DNA of 64,000 nt from NCBI GenBank assembly GCA_964247055.1, contig OZ176053.1:8866001-8930000 (forward strand), in the 5' to 3' direction. Below, piece after piece: positions 48,747 through 62,299 of the stretch. Each line of letters opens with the position of its first letter. Position 1 is the stretch's first letter. The position numbers and the translations under genes were made by a program. The stretch comes from Paragordius varius (lineage: Eukaryota; Animalia; Nematomorpha). The notes under the pieces are model-generated. The model ran no database searches and was not told the origin of the DNA. It saw only the letters and a list, made by a program, of their open reading frames with translations.

Positions 48747-51700
48747 ATGTTTAAAAAGAACAAAATCGGCCCAGCCCAAAACAATTATTTATCGGCTGAC
48801 AAGGAAACCTCAGAACACGAACATTTAAATCGATTCGATGGTTCAAACGCATCCACTAATAAGCCCGATGCTAATATCAATATTTACACCAAAAATTCTG
48901 ATAATGCCGAATTTCAGGGCCGAAATCGAAGTCAATCCCTACATAACCCTTATGTATCACCATCTAATTTATTGTTGGAAGATCCGTTGGCATCAGTTGA
49001 AGCATTAAATGAAATACCTGACACACCTGAATATCCATCTTCTAAACTATTTGAACCCTCATCAAAAGCATCAAAACTTTTGGGAGAAACTTCTTTCAAG
49101 AATCAATATACCTCGTTAATAACACTAAATGAAGGAGATATAAATGCACATGACACGCAATGTGGTATTTGGAAATGTTATCCTTCATGGCTTCAACCCT
49201 TTGCTAACATCAAAGTGTTTTCGATTCATTATGCATTAGCCATTTTGGCCATACTTATGTTCCATACCAATTTTATCGGATCCGTGACGAGTATTGAAAA
49301 ACGATTTGGATTCCCAAGCCGTAAAAGTGGTTTCCTTATGTCAGTAAATGACATTGGTCATGTCCCGTTCGTCATTTTGGCATCATTTTATTTGGGTAAT
49401 TCGCGTAAACCCTTTTTCCTGGGGTTAGGTACTTTGCTTTTCGCACTTGGTGTCTTACTCATGACTATCCCATATTTCATTTATGGACCGTCTACAGATT
49501 TGATTCAAGTCAATAAGGATAGTTTTTTACAAAATATCAGTACAACCAATAGCAATATATCTTTTTCTCTAAATATAACAGCCATCCCTATTAATAATGT
49601 TGATAATTTTATGTGTAATGTGGATGATTCGGCCTACAAACCTTCAACAAAATGTAACGCTTCAGATTTTAATCGACTAAGCTACATACTAATGTGTATC
49701 GGAGAAATCATTTTGGGAATGGGAGGCAGCTGGATTGGACCCTTGGGAATGGCTTACATTGATGACAATGTTAAGAATAAAAAATCAGTACCACTCTATA
49801 TGGGTATTTACCATAATTTTTTTAAACTCTATTCCCTGATTATTTTGTTACTATAATATTATTTTGAATAACACCATTTATCGCTTATATATTACACATA
49901 TTAAAAACATTTTTTTATTATCAGCCGTCGTATCCTGCGTTAGATCGTTGGGTCCAGTTTTTGGATTTTTATTGAGTGCATTGTGTGCCGGTCTCCATGA
50001 AAGTTTAATAAGTAAAATTTTTGTATAGCATACATATTACATCCTTTAAAATAAGTTTTCTTAATGTTTCTTTATTTGTATTTTTGTGTTAGATCCTGGT
50101 TTAGATAAAAGAGATCCCAGATGGATAGGAGCCTGGTGGCTAGGATTTTGTGTTATTATAGTTATTCAAGTAAGCGTAGGATTACCTCTTATGTTATACC
50201 CGAAGCATATGCCAACAAAAATAAAAAATTTACAGAATAAAAAAGTTGAAAGAGCGGAAAAGGAGAATAAGGCTATCCCATACAACATCGGTCCAGATAC
50301 GAATGATAAACTGTTGCACAACAAAACTAAAAAAGCTGATTACCAAAATGAAACTGGAAAAAATAAATTGCACGAATCTAATTTAGAAACTGAAGTTACA
50401 TACTATAAACGCATGAATCATGGCTCTAATGATAAAAATAATAAGAAATATACTTTGGATATGAATAAAGGCATAGCTCAAATTCAAAGTATATTTCCAC
50501 CATATTTGAGATCTTAATTAACTAAATTATATGTATTAAACTTTTTTTGCTACTATTTATGATTAAGTTACCCTTTAAATATATATATTCCGTTATTATG
50601 AAAAAGCAAATTATAAGCAATATTTTCCATCTGCCCCCACCCATAGATATTTTGATCGCTATCAAGCGGTTGATGTGCAATCCGGTCTACATTATAACAA
50701 CGGTTGGCGAATGCATCAGTATATATTCCATAGTTGGCTACATGATTTTCCTCCCCAAGTTCCTGGAAGCGCAATTTGCGGTTTCGGCCTCATTGGCAAA
50801 CACACTTGCAGGTATTCTTCTATAATAAATACAAAAATTTTAATTCTAAATGTAAAATATTTTGCCAGATACAATTAAAATTAATATATTATGGTTGGAA
50901 AATCGTGTTTAAGAATTATCACAGTATCTCAGCTTTTTATCAACGGTTTATAGACGAGTAATGCAAATATTAAGACTGTGGAAGTATGAAATCCTTCATA
51001 TTTAGTGGAACCTTATATTACTTGCTTGAAAATATTAAAAATAAAGTTATAGCATTTATCTATAAAAATAGTTATTAACTAAATTCTCTATGGACCTATC
51101 TAATTCACCGAATACAAATAAAACAAATTTTTGTATAGGAAAATATTAAACTTAGCCTTCAAAAAGGGCATAATTTTGCATATTGCAATGCAAGTACATA
51201 CAAAAAGGGGTGTGGGATAAGGTTAGGATTTTTTTTATTATTTTCTTATACTTTTTTAAGGCCTCAATATCAATCCTTATATAATTAGTTAAATTAGGGG
51301 AACCATTGATTTATATGTGGGAGCATCGCTTATTTTAACGATAGCCGATTATCTTACCCTTAAATGATTGCGGAGAACGCTTCGATATTAGTTTATATAT
51401 CCATTGTTGTATCATTTTTGCTATTAGTAAGGTCCTTATCGGTAGTCTAGGGTTTGCGCTACAAACAATTTTAAAGAAAAATACTAATTTAAGATACATT
51501 TTTTAATTTCTGAAGGTTTTGAAATTTTGGTGGAAGAATGTGGTAAAAGTCGACCATTTCTGTTAGTATATAACAAAAAAAATAATTATTTAATTGATTT
51601 TATATTTCGTTCCATTAAAAATAAAACAATACATTGCATAAAATACACAACTCAAACCTATCGACATAGTATTGTGATGGCTATAGGTATAATTTAACAA

Positions 51701-54700
51701 ATTCCCTATTCATTTATTTTATCTCGGTCAGTCACAAATATGGTTATATCTAAAAAATATATATTTTAATTTTGTTGAAGTGATTATCCAAAACGCAACC
51801 AGGCATAGCTAATATATATAAATAAAAGGATTATCCTTCGAAAAAGCAATAAATCGACATCGATCTTTGCTACTATAATAATATTCTGGCCTAAAATAGA
51901 CATACATTTTTTGTGTATTAGTTTATTATTTTCAAATATTCTTAAGCGTATGAGAATAAGAAAGGAATCTTTTATTTAATTAGAATTAATTTAAAGTTTT
52001 AAATAAATGCTTACAAAAAGAGGAATAAAATTTATCCCTTCCGTGCATAAAAATTGAAAAAGTGACTTTTTACAATACGAGATGAAATTAGATTTATAGC
52101 TTCAGTTCCATAGACAAGCATCGGTATAAATTATCTTCAACATGTTTTCTATAATTTTGACACAACCTCTTGTCCTATCCTACGTTCTCCACCATAATTA
52201 TTTTCTTTCTTGCTTAAATATAACCGCTTATGTATTGTTTAATGCCGTAATAAGCCCCTTACTAGTGTTAATGCATGTACTCTCGTAAAGATTTCAATCA
52301 TATAGTTGAAATGGGCATCAAATCGGATCCATATTCTCTGTTAGTTTTGGAATACAGTAAATTTAAGCTTTAGGCTGCGCATAACAAAGGAGACTGCTCT
52401 TTGCTACTGAAAAACGAAGAGCATCTTTTATTATTTTAAACCCGAATAATCCTAGTTAATTCATTTCATAGTACTAGTGACAGGAGGAAATATATTGAGC
52501 CCAAAATATTTGGTTTAATTATTTTAAAAATATTACAAATTTTATTTTTTGAATTGATTATTTAATTAAAATTGCTTAACTTCAATTATTAACGTGTTTT
52601 TTCGGAAAAGCATATGTGCCCTCTATGTATAAAATCAAGGTTACGAATTAAGCCTTCTTTCATAACACTATTAGATGCTAGAGCTTTGTTGGCTAATGTA
52701 CTTTCATTTTTCCCTATTGTCAGCACGCATATTAATAATTAGATATTTAAGGGTAGAATTCAAAAAATAATAAAGATCTAAATACCAATTAAAGGTTAAA
52801 ATTATTAATTAAACTCCAGCCAAAAAGTAGTTTGTAAATCTGTTTGTATAATTTTAAATATAGGAGCTTTGGGCGTACTATCGTCAAGCACTGGTATCAT
52901 GATTGGCGGTTTTATGATGAAAAAAATGAATGTACGGTTACAAGGGGCATTACTAATATCTATTGTGGGCCTATTGATTACCTCATTTAAAGCAGTTGCT
53001 TTGATGAATTTAAAATGCGAAAAAATACCGATTGCAGGAAGCATGTCAATAGAAACAAAGTATAATACATCTTACATATCATTTATTAGATGTTAATCAG
53101 TTTATATATTAATTATTACATGCAAATTATGACTATTTAAAATTTGTAAAGAAGAAAATGATCTTGTGCTGCCTTTTCCAACATATACAATTTTTGAGCT
53201 TTAGGTGCGACGAGAGCCAAATGCGTTTCGTAACCCGAACCCTTTTCAACGCGTTTAGCACCGTATGTTACCTTGCCATCAAATTCGTTGACAGGGATTT
53301 TGATATCTGGATCTATTTGTTGTATAGTTACGCCCAAGTGTTCTTCAATATCAGCTAAGCATTGTATTTCATTGTACCATATGGTACAACCACCTTGTGT
53401 TATAAGATTGGTGTTTCGACAATTTTTTCCCCTACTGGGGCATTTATGGAACCAAACCTTTTCTGGAACAGCTGACACAAAAGATATTGCAAGACCCATT
53501 CGGTCAACCCGGCCTGAACGTCCAATACGGTGAAGGTAATTCGATTTTTCATCGGGAAGTGTGACATTAATGACATACGGTAACCCGGTTATATCTAAAC
53601 CACGAGCAGCAACATCAGTGCATATAAGAAATTTAAATTTATTTGTCTTAAAAGCTTCGAAATTTGATTTCCTTTGTGCTGGAGGTATATCACTATGTAA
53701 ACATATACAATTGTTGGCACCCAAACGATTATTTAAAAAGGTGCACAAGTTATCACAATCTAACTTGGTACGACAAAATATCATGGCTTTATCCATTTTA
53801 TGTTCATTAATAGCACGTAATACATACTCGCCTTTTAGAATTTTAACAGCTTCCGAAAAACTTTCCTGCGTATTGAAGTTAGGGCCGACCCGATCATGAG
53901 AGTGTATTCCGTCTGTTTGAATGGGTCGTTTAATATTATGCCATAATTTATCAAGCCTGGGATCAACTGTTACAACCACGTGATGTATGGTTTCAGGGAC
54001 GTTATCTTGTCCTTTTAAATCTATCCAAATGGGAAAGTGCATGATTGAATCGGCCAATTTTTTGACATCAAAGTTATGAAGGGTTGCTGAACAAACTATC
54101 ATTTGCAAACGGGTTCCAACAGGGAGCGCATGATTAATTTTGCTATGCAAACTGGTCAAAAACGGCGTTTGACCATTAATGATAAGTCCATCGATTTCAT
54201 CAATTATAAGAATTTGGCATCTTTCCAAACTGACTATGTTAGAATTGATGAATTCTTCTATACGCCCAGGGGTGGCCACAATGATTTCGAGGCCATTTTG
54301 AATCTTAGATATTTGTTGTTGCGAATCAATACCACCCACAACTAATACGTCATTAATGGGTTCCTTTATAAACTTTTTAAATACACAAATATTTTTGTAA
54401 GTTTGTTCTGCCAATTCTCTGGATGGTTCAATAACTATGGCCATCGGACCATTAATCCTTTTGTGGGATCTTTGTTGATTAACTTTTTGATAAGATATAT
54501 AATCGGCGTTAGCTTTAGACAGTGGTATACTATTAGACAGTACATTGGGATATTTAAAGGGTTGATCTCCAAAATTAATTATAATACCAGCATTTTTTAT
54601 GCATATTGCAGGATAAAATGGTCCTTGAACATGAGATATGGAAAAGGCTGGTCCTAAATATTTTCCATTCTTGGAGAATGATATAACATTTTGGTATAAA

Positions 54701-57700
54701 TCCAAATAACAGCAAACAGTGTCTCCAATAGTAAAAGATTCACCATAGTCATCGAATTGCCTATTGTTTGATTTTTTGCCAGTTCCACCAAAACCAAAGC
54801 CAAGTGCATCACAACCAAGCTCATAATTGGCATTTTTTAAGGACCACCCAACTCTTACCACGCCAGTTTCCGTTGTAATGTGGACTTCAAAATAAAAAAT
54901 ATCAGTGCTGTTACGCAAGATAGCTTTATTAGAGCGACAACCCAGCCAGCGCTGAGTGCGATTTTCACATATTAAACCAGTCTGATCTATAGATAATCCC
55001 GTACTTGAATCATAGGGATTGAGTTTCCAATTATCATCGTCATTTTGAGTTGGTGCTTTTCCTCTCATATTTTCCACGATGATTTGTAATAGAGGTAAAC
55101 AAAATGCTCCTGTTTTTCCACTCCCCGTTTCAGCTGCCATTAAAACGTCTCCACCTCCTAATATTAAAGGAATAGCTTCAGCTTGAATGTCAGTAGGCAG
55201 CAACCAACCGAATTCCTCCGTTGCCTGCCCTAACTCAGGTAAAAGCCCCAATTCTTCAAACGCTGCCATGTGTATTAAACAAAAAAAGAATCCAACCGAT
55301 GTTAGATATAAATATGCATGGATTATTTTTATTTTAATAGTATAAAGCAATTAGATATCATTACTATACTATTTCTTACTAAATTTAATAAGACAACAAT
55401 CCTTTTTAAGAATGTTAAAGTATTTTTTATAAAAAATATATAAAATGGTACAACCACAAGTAAACTTAATAAATGACATTATATTATATGTTGATAAAAA
55501 AGCATGATTATTTTTTTTATTTCTCAGAATTAAATCCTAAAAAACAGCTATTAATATTTTCGTTTAGAAATAATCAGGTTTTATCAAAATTTTATTTTTT
55601 GTGGGGGGAGATAGGGAGTTGTACCTCACGGCGATTTGGATAATAATTGATATTAGGCTAAATTCAAGATATTGTCATTTAGGCGCTCAGATATAAAAGC
55701 ATAGCAAATTTCTTTTAAATTAAATTAATATTTTCGTCTCTTGTATTATCCTAAAATCTTACATTCAGTTGTCTATACTCCATCGTGCTTTAACTTAATT
55801 AGAAATAATTTTATATATTAATCTCATCTAACATTATTATAAACAGAAAAGATGGTTTATAATTATTTTTATATTTAGCTATACACATGTCATCTTCTTA
55901 TGTTCGGGTTTATCGATAAATAAGTGATATCAAGTGTTTTTGAATAAATTTTTTTTTATATTTTGGTGCATCATTATTATATAAGTGCAAATTGCAGTGG
56001 TTTAATTTGTTTCATGGTTTTAATTTTACTTGTTATTAGACGGGCTTGGGGTTGCCAAAAACCCTCATTTATGTATGAATGTATATCCAAGTTTTAAATA
56101 TCAAATTACATGCAACAAATTTTCGGATATAGATTTTGAAATCAGCTGTTTGTCACAATTGTGTTTTAGAGCCCATGTTGTACTCTTTATAGAAACTGTA
56201 TAAAATATAAGTTAATTAATAAAAACGATGATTATAAAAAAATTAAAAACAGTAGTTTATATCTAATAGTTTACTTACAACAACTCTGGCTGACAAAACT
56301 ACCACAAAATATAATAAAATAAAACATGAAAAGGTAAAAAGGGATTAACATAAATCATGAACGCATTTTTATCATCATATAACAACAATTTTAAATATTT
56401 TATTATCTGAAATTTAACACACACACCTCCTGATTTCGAAAATAACTTAAATTATATTTTAACGCAATAAATACTTTCCAAACTAAAATGCAACAAATTT
56501 ATTTTGAATTAGGTGAATATTGTCGGCTTTTCTGATTTTTATTGTGTGTTTGACTTAAGATCATTTAAATAAGAAAAATCATTAAAAAATATTTTATTGG
56601 TTTTTTAAATGTTTTACTTATATTATTACTCACAAAACTACCCCACATCAAATTATCCTACATACAATATTTGTTGGATAGCAAATGGGACTTTTATGAA
56701 AAATGTAATCGCAATTGTCAATGCAGTGAACAATTTTTTGAACCGGTGTGTGGGAACTCGAATCAAAAAATATATTTCAACCCCTGTTTCGCTGGTTGCA
56801 AACAGTATGTGCTAGATTCTCGCATTAAGGTAAACTATAAGTATTGTTAATACAGTAAAAATTGAAATTATACAGAGAAAACATTTAAACTTAAAGACAA
56901 ATATTTTTTACAAAAGACAACCATACTTTTTTAAACCTTAATTTCTTTTATATATATTATAACAATTTTAAAAAATAACTGATTGGATCACCAATTACAT
57001 CTCAATTTTATACTTTACAGTTTGTAAAAATGAGTATATAAAAAAATTAAGTTTAAAAAGTTCGATTGTCTTTTGAAAAATATATTAGTCTTTATGTTTT
57101 TTGGTTTAGGCATACACAAATTGTTCATGCATCCTGGAAGACATGGTTGGCATTGAAAATGTGTCGATGTTAGATTCATTATATGATTCCTCATCGGCCC
57201 TTCCTGGTGTTTGCCACAAAAGATGCGATCAATTTTTGCCATATCTTATTGTGCTTGCTGTTGGCAGTTTTTTAGCAGCACCATCAATCGTTGCCGTAAT
57301 GATGGTAAAACTAAGGTAATTTAAAAGTAAAAAATATTAATTAGTAAAAAGCTCATATGGGGCAATTGTCTTTAAGAATGAATATCACTTTTAATTACCT
57401 AACGTACAAGTTGATGTTTATTACTGTTTTAATAAAAGATTTAAGTTCGATTTTTCATTTTAATATATTGATTGTAAAGGAAGAAGACGCTTGGGCTTAA
57501 ATTATGATTTTATAAGATTTTTGCGATCTATCAATTATTTTGTATTTGAAATAGATGTGTGACAAAAGAAGAAAAACCACTTGCCTTGGGCTTTTCCTCT
57601 TTCCTTATGAGCATTCTAGGTAATGTATTGCCTATTTTTTAATGCCTATGTAGCTATGTGGGTTCTCTCAAATATTTTCCTTATTGAGTGGAGGTTCTGC

Positions 57701-59847
57701 TCCGGTTATTATTTAAAAATAGTAAAAAATAATTTTGTTTTTTTTGCATGTTTTTTTTGGCCAAATGGATATGATTTTGGTTTTATTTTTTTAACAAATA
57801 ACCTCGCCATTTTTAAATAATTTAATAAAGAGCCACATATAACGATTGTATGTTTGTTAAAAATTGAATACTTATTTAATTAAAATAGAAATAAATCTTC
57901 GATGTGAAAATGATATTATGACAATAATTTAATTAATGACCGTTTAATATCCCGGATACTCTATGATATCTAACTTTATGACAAAAAGTTAGCAGTAGAG
58001 TTAAATTGGCCGAAGAAGAATTAAGTTTGTAAAAAAATTTTTGAAAAAATTTATTTCTTATAAGAAAAACATTTTTTTTTTAAATTTTATGTAAGTAGTT
58101 TTTTGACAAAATTTTTAACGGTCAAAATGGCTAAACCCAGGGGAATTAATAATCAGACTATGTTAGGCGCATTTATTAACAAAAAAATTCTCCTATGGAT
58201 TTAAATGGACCTCCCCATTTTCTAAAAAATCATCTTAAAACCATTATACAAGTCTACAAACATATAGAATGCCATGTATGGCTGATTTTGCATTAAAAAA
58301 TCATTGGTAAGCTTTTATACTGAAATATTTTACATATAAATAATCATAGGCTGAAATATAAAGCAATTTAGTTTTAACGTTGATTGTGATTTGGGTTAAT
58401 AAATATTTTTTTGAGATAAAGTGAGGATAAAAACTGGTTAAAAGAAATGACATCGAACATAATCCACAATCAGATAGTCTTTGAACGCCCCTAGTTTTCA
58501 ATTTTCCCAGTTTATTTTGTAGCCATTATAAAATTGTCAAACAAAATTTTTATCGTTGAAAAATTATATTAATAAATTGTGGTAAAGTCAAAAATTATTA
58601 ATCATAATTTATTCAATCTTATTTGACCTTCTGTTCACCTTTAATTAAATGTAATGTTGTAGTATAATATCGATTTTGGAACTTGTTTTTTTCTTTAAAA
58701 CTTGAATCTGGGTTAGAGGGCCCAATTAAAAAGCGTTTGGCAATGATTACCTTAAAATAATACGAGGTGAATTTTAAAAGATATATGTAAATCGTTTCAA
58801 AAACACAAAATTCATATTTTTGTCGAAGGGTTAATCAAACAGACAACTCATAAAATAAGGCATTTTAAAGGGAAGTTTACGGGGGAAAATAATTAACTAT
58901 AATTGGCATATTTGAAAAATTAAAATAGCCATTGTTTCAGAGAAGACACGATTTATAATAGATACATAAAAGTACACTACTGGGATTTATCATTAGGGTA
59001 AAAGAGTGACTTTTCATATTAATTATTTAAATACCATATTTTATAAACGCACTTCAACTCTGAAAAATCCCATTGTAAATTATCCACCTATAATATTAAA
59101 AGTTTACAAGCAATTTGTAAAACGTAAGGCTCATTTATAAATGAATATTTCTTATGAATTCACTCGGAACGGTAGTGACAAATCGTTATTTAAAAGAATT
59201 CGTTACTTCCCAAAGTCAAAAAAGGACTAAACAATATTTTAAATAATGTTTTTACAGGTATGCTTCACCAAAACTAAAGCATGTTGAAAATATTAAATAT
59301 TATTCATAAAAAATGAGATGAAGAGAGGATTCGCTAAGTAGCGATTGCAAATATTAAAATATCGCTATTAACTTTAAATTATTTATATTTGTTGCATTTT
59401 GATTTATATTTAGTGCATAAACTGATATGTTAATTTAATATGGTCTACTTGGTGACAATTAGTAATTGATAATAATGTATTTCAATACATAATAATATTG
59501 GAACTTTTTTATTTTCCAAGATCACTAGATATCTTTATTATTTTAATCATTTTCGTTTTAATTGGATTTATATTATATATATTTTAGCCTTTTTACCGGG
59601 ACCACTTATTACAGGATCTTTGATTGATCAAACATGTCTAGTATGGAAAAAGACATCATGTGATAAACTTGGTTCCTGTTTATTTTATGATATCGATAAA
59701 TTACGGAATGTTATCCATGGAATTCTAGCAATGTCCAAAATAATTGCAACAATGTTTTATTTGGTTGCTTGGAAATATTCGAGACATCCGCAATACCATG
59801 CAATTGAAAATGCTCATTATAGGCGATCTACTGCACCTGAAATTTAA
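48747..59847 (+). CDS. Organic anion transporting polypeptide (OATP/SLCO family), 9 exons
   Basis: Exons 48747-49803, 49925-50011, 50093-50488, 50647-50811, 52864-53059, 56682-56829, 57110-57315, 57555-57619, 59588-59847. Motifs: SIEKRFG, YIDDNVK, DPRWIGAWWLGF, Kazal-like CNRNCQC...PVCG...FNPCFAGC, PGPLITGSLIDQTCLVW...C.FYD. Confidence 0.93.
52090..52330 (-). mobile_element. Decayed LINE RT fragment inside SLCO intron 4
   Basis: Minus-strand FIPMLVYGTEAIN resembles the RTE-type P.L.YG.E motif. The surrounding frame is broken. Confidence 0.4.
53137..55269 (-). CDS. DDX1: ATP-dependent RNA helicase DDX1, intronless, 710 aa, nested in SLCO intron 5
   Basis: Uninterrupted ORF starting MAAFEELGLLPEL. 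Q motif PTDIQAEAIPLILGGGDV, AETGSGKT, the DDX1-specific SPRY insertion, PSRELAEQ, DEID, SAT, and HRIGRSGR. Confidence 0.97.
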   Translation of the reverse strand: MAAFEELGLLPELGQATEEFGWLLPTDIQAEAIPLILGGGDVLMAAETGSGKTGAFCLPLLQIIVENMRGKAPTQNDDDNWKLNPYDSSTGLSIDQTGLICENRTQRWLGCRSNKAILRNSTDIFYFEVHITTETGVVRVGWSLKNANYELGCDALGFGFGGTGKKSNNRQFDDYGESFTIGDTVCCYLDLYQNVISFSKNGKYLGPAFSISHVQGPFYPAICIKNAGIIINFGDQPFKYPNVLSNSIPLSKANADYISYQKVNQQRSHKRINGPMAIVIEPSRELAEQTYKNICVFKKFIKEPINDVLVVGGIDSQQQISKIQNGLEIIVATPGRIEEFINSNIVSLERCQILIIDEIDGLIINGQTPFLTSLHSKINHALPVGTRLQMIVCSATLHNFDVKKLADSIMHFPIWIDLKGQDNVPETIHHVVVTVDPRLDKLWHNIKRPIQTDGIHSHDRVGPNFNTQESFSEAVKILKGEYVLRAINEHKMDKAMIFCRTKLDCDNLCTFLNNRLGANNCICLHSDIPPAQRKSNFEAFKTNKFKFLICTDVAARGLDITGLPYVINVTLPDEKSNYLHRIGRSGRVDRMGLAISFVSAVPEKVWFHKCPSRGKNCRNTNLITQGGCTIWYNEIQCLADIEEHLGVTIQQIDPDIKIPVNEFDGKVTYGAKRVEKGSGYETHLALVAPKAQKLYMLEKAAQDHFLLYKF

Positions 59848-60754
59848 CCAATTTTAAAATTATTTGTTAAATGAATATTTCAAATTACCAATTGAGTATT
59901 ATTATTAAATTTATGATTTATTAAGCGATGTTAGATAAAACTAAAAAAATTCGTCTGTCCTAATTAGTTATTGGAACCAAATTATATTTTAATAAATTAA
60001 TATTGTAGTATTAGGTATGTACGCACAATTAAATTTATTACATACAGTTAAACAAAAAAGTTATAATATTGATTCAGAACTACTATTTTTTATGTCATAT
60101 TAAAAAGCTAATTTTGTTATGCGACATATACCTTTATATATATTGACATATATAAAATTTTATAACGATTTATGCGCATATAGAAGAACTTAAATGATGC
60201 ATGTAATGCACAAAATAGATCTAAAAGTCTTTTTCACAACTAAGGTGAAAAATAAGTTAACTCCCAAAAGTAGCCCTCACAAAACGAGGTACCGCTGTAC
60301 ATATTGGTAATATGTTGAAACTTTAATAAACAAAGTGACGGAATGAGGGGTCCGCCTAATGGGAAGAGACAAGAGTAAAGTGATCCATTTTGACAATTGT
60401 TTTTTGAAGGGTTTTGTTTTTTTCCGATAGATCGTTTTATGTATATATTTGCATATAATATAGGCATATCACTAGATGTTTATTTTAAATAAGCAATTAG
60501 TCATACCTAGTAAAGAGGTGACATTAAGTTTATCGTATTTTAAAATCTAACATTATAATTTTAGATTGTGTTATTACAGTTGTCTGGAGCTAAAATAAAT
60601 ATATTTCTATTCCGATTGAAACAATCAGCTCAATTTAATAAATTAAATGAATTTATAGATAATTAAAATTATTTTATATATTTATACCATATTTATCTAA
60701 TAAAATTCAATTATGCATTTTTTTAAAAATATTTTTTTAGATGCCAAAATTTAG

Positions 60755-60807
<53 letters not shown>

Positions 60808-61481
60808 ATCGCGCAATCCAGCATTATCTATTAAAAAACTAGCCCATTCTAGAAGAACAAAAAAATTTGGGACTTTCGGAGTCCCCATCTAAAAATTAAA
60901 ATATATTGAAAAAATATTGTTTTGCTTTTGATAGGTTGTTAATGATATATTTAAGTGATATTTTTTGGAATAAAGCATCTAGCTTTATCCAAAAAAATTT
61001 TATTTAAAAAAATGTGCGCAAATTTTGCCATTTTCTGATATGGAACACTTACTACAAAAGTGTAAATAACTTTCTTATATCACTCTGGCCAAAACCCAAA
61101 CCATAAAATACTGTTACATTTTCCTATCAGGATATATATATTTCATCAGGCTATTTTTTATACCCCCCCCCCCCCCCCCCCCCGATTTTGAATGCAGTGT
61201 AAATATAAAAGCATTAAAAATGTTTATTAATTTTTAAACAATGGCTTATAAAAAAGTTACGAACACAATATTACCAATTATTTCAGTAACCCTGTATTTC
61301 CTAGGGTTTAAACCCGGCCATTTAGATTCATATTTAAAATATATATTTATTAGTATCGGGCCAAATTTAAAAATATGTTTTTTTAGTCTTTTAGGCGCTT
61401 GGTACGAATTTTAAAAAAATGCCTTGTAAAAAATGTTCATCCTAAACTTTTTGTGCCATTTTTATCTTTTAGATTTTTTAA

Positions 61482-61738
61482 CACTTGGATACAATACATT
61501 AAACCCTTCGGTTCATTTTAAGGTAGTTGGATGCCCCAGGCCTATCTCAAACAAAATACTTTAAAAATATGGAATGAATTGATGGCAAATTGCAGTTATA
61601 TAACGTCATAAACCTAATTATAAAAATATCATTAAAAAATATTTATATTTTGAGGTAAACTAAAAGTCAACATGACGTGCGTGCATTAGCTAAATTTAAA
61701 AATAATACAAAATTTTTCGGTTTCTAACAATGTTAGAT
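61482..61738. mobile_element. TTAA-flanked MITE, copy 3, right half missing
   Basis: TTAA|CACTTGGATACAA at 61478-61494. Similarity to copy 1 ends at caatgttagat. Confidence 0.65.
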
Positions 61739-61756
61739 TGCTCTAGGATAATTACA

Positions 61757-62116
61757 GAGGATGGGATTTTAACAGTTTAATGTCAGAGTGACAGGCTCCT
61801 TTACAGTCACTGTCCACACAGGGATTACCGCTTCCTACGCTTTTACACGCCTCAGGCCAGGACGTCATACTTCAGGGCTTCTAATATATTGAAATGAAAC
61901 GTATATACTAAATATTTACATGATAGGCAAAAATTTTATTAAATAAATCTTCACATATATGCAATAAATGGTATAATATTAAATACTTATAACAACAAAG
62001 CGTAGGAAGGCAGGGTCATCCTGTGTCGACAGTGACGGTAAGGAGCAAGTCTGTCACACCCTTTTCTGGACAACTAAATAATTTTTGCTGCCATCATAAA
62101 TTTCTAAAATCCCCTC
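61757..62116. mobile_element. Long imperfect inverted repeat (foldback/MITE-like) upstream of TAF3
   Basis: The arm at 61788-61843 (gtgacaggctcctttacagtcactgtccacacagggattaccgcttcctacgcttt) is the near reverse complement of 61997-62057. Outer arms gaggatgggattttaa / ctaaaatcccctc. Confidence 0.65.
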
Positions 62117-62299
62117 TTCTTAAATTAATATTGCGACATAATTAAAAAATATTAAGAAGAGGGGATCTTAGCAGTTTAAGATTGTATAAAAAAAATAATA
62201 TCAAGTTTTTTTAAATAACAGATCTCCAAAAACAGCTCAGGTGTTAGTTAACTATGTTCTATAATCATGTGTCTTCAAAATAAGAGATAACAATATGAT

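Noticed and set aside
50471-50490. Possible GC-AG donor at 50471 in SLCO exon 3 (would give MNK-DIL)
   Set aside because: A same-phase canonical GT donor exists at 50489, and GCATAG is a weak match to the GC-donor consensus. It cannot be decided without cDNA.
55270-55350. 27-aa N-terminal extension of DDX1 from the upstream ATG in the ORF track
   Set aside because: Homology begins at MAAFEELG (55269). The extension is AT-rich, UTR-like sequence.
60260-60420. GC-enriched stretch considered as snRNA or RNase P/MRP RNA
   Set aside because: No match to U1/U2/U4/U5/U6 or RNase P/MRP conserved motifs that I could recognise. An Rfam/Infernal search would be needed.
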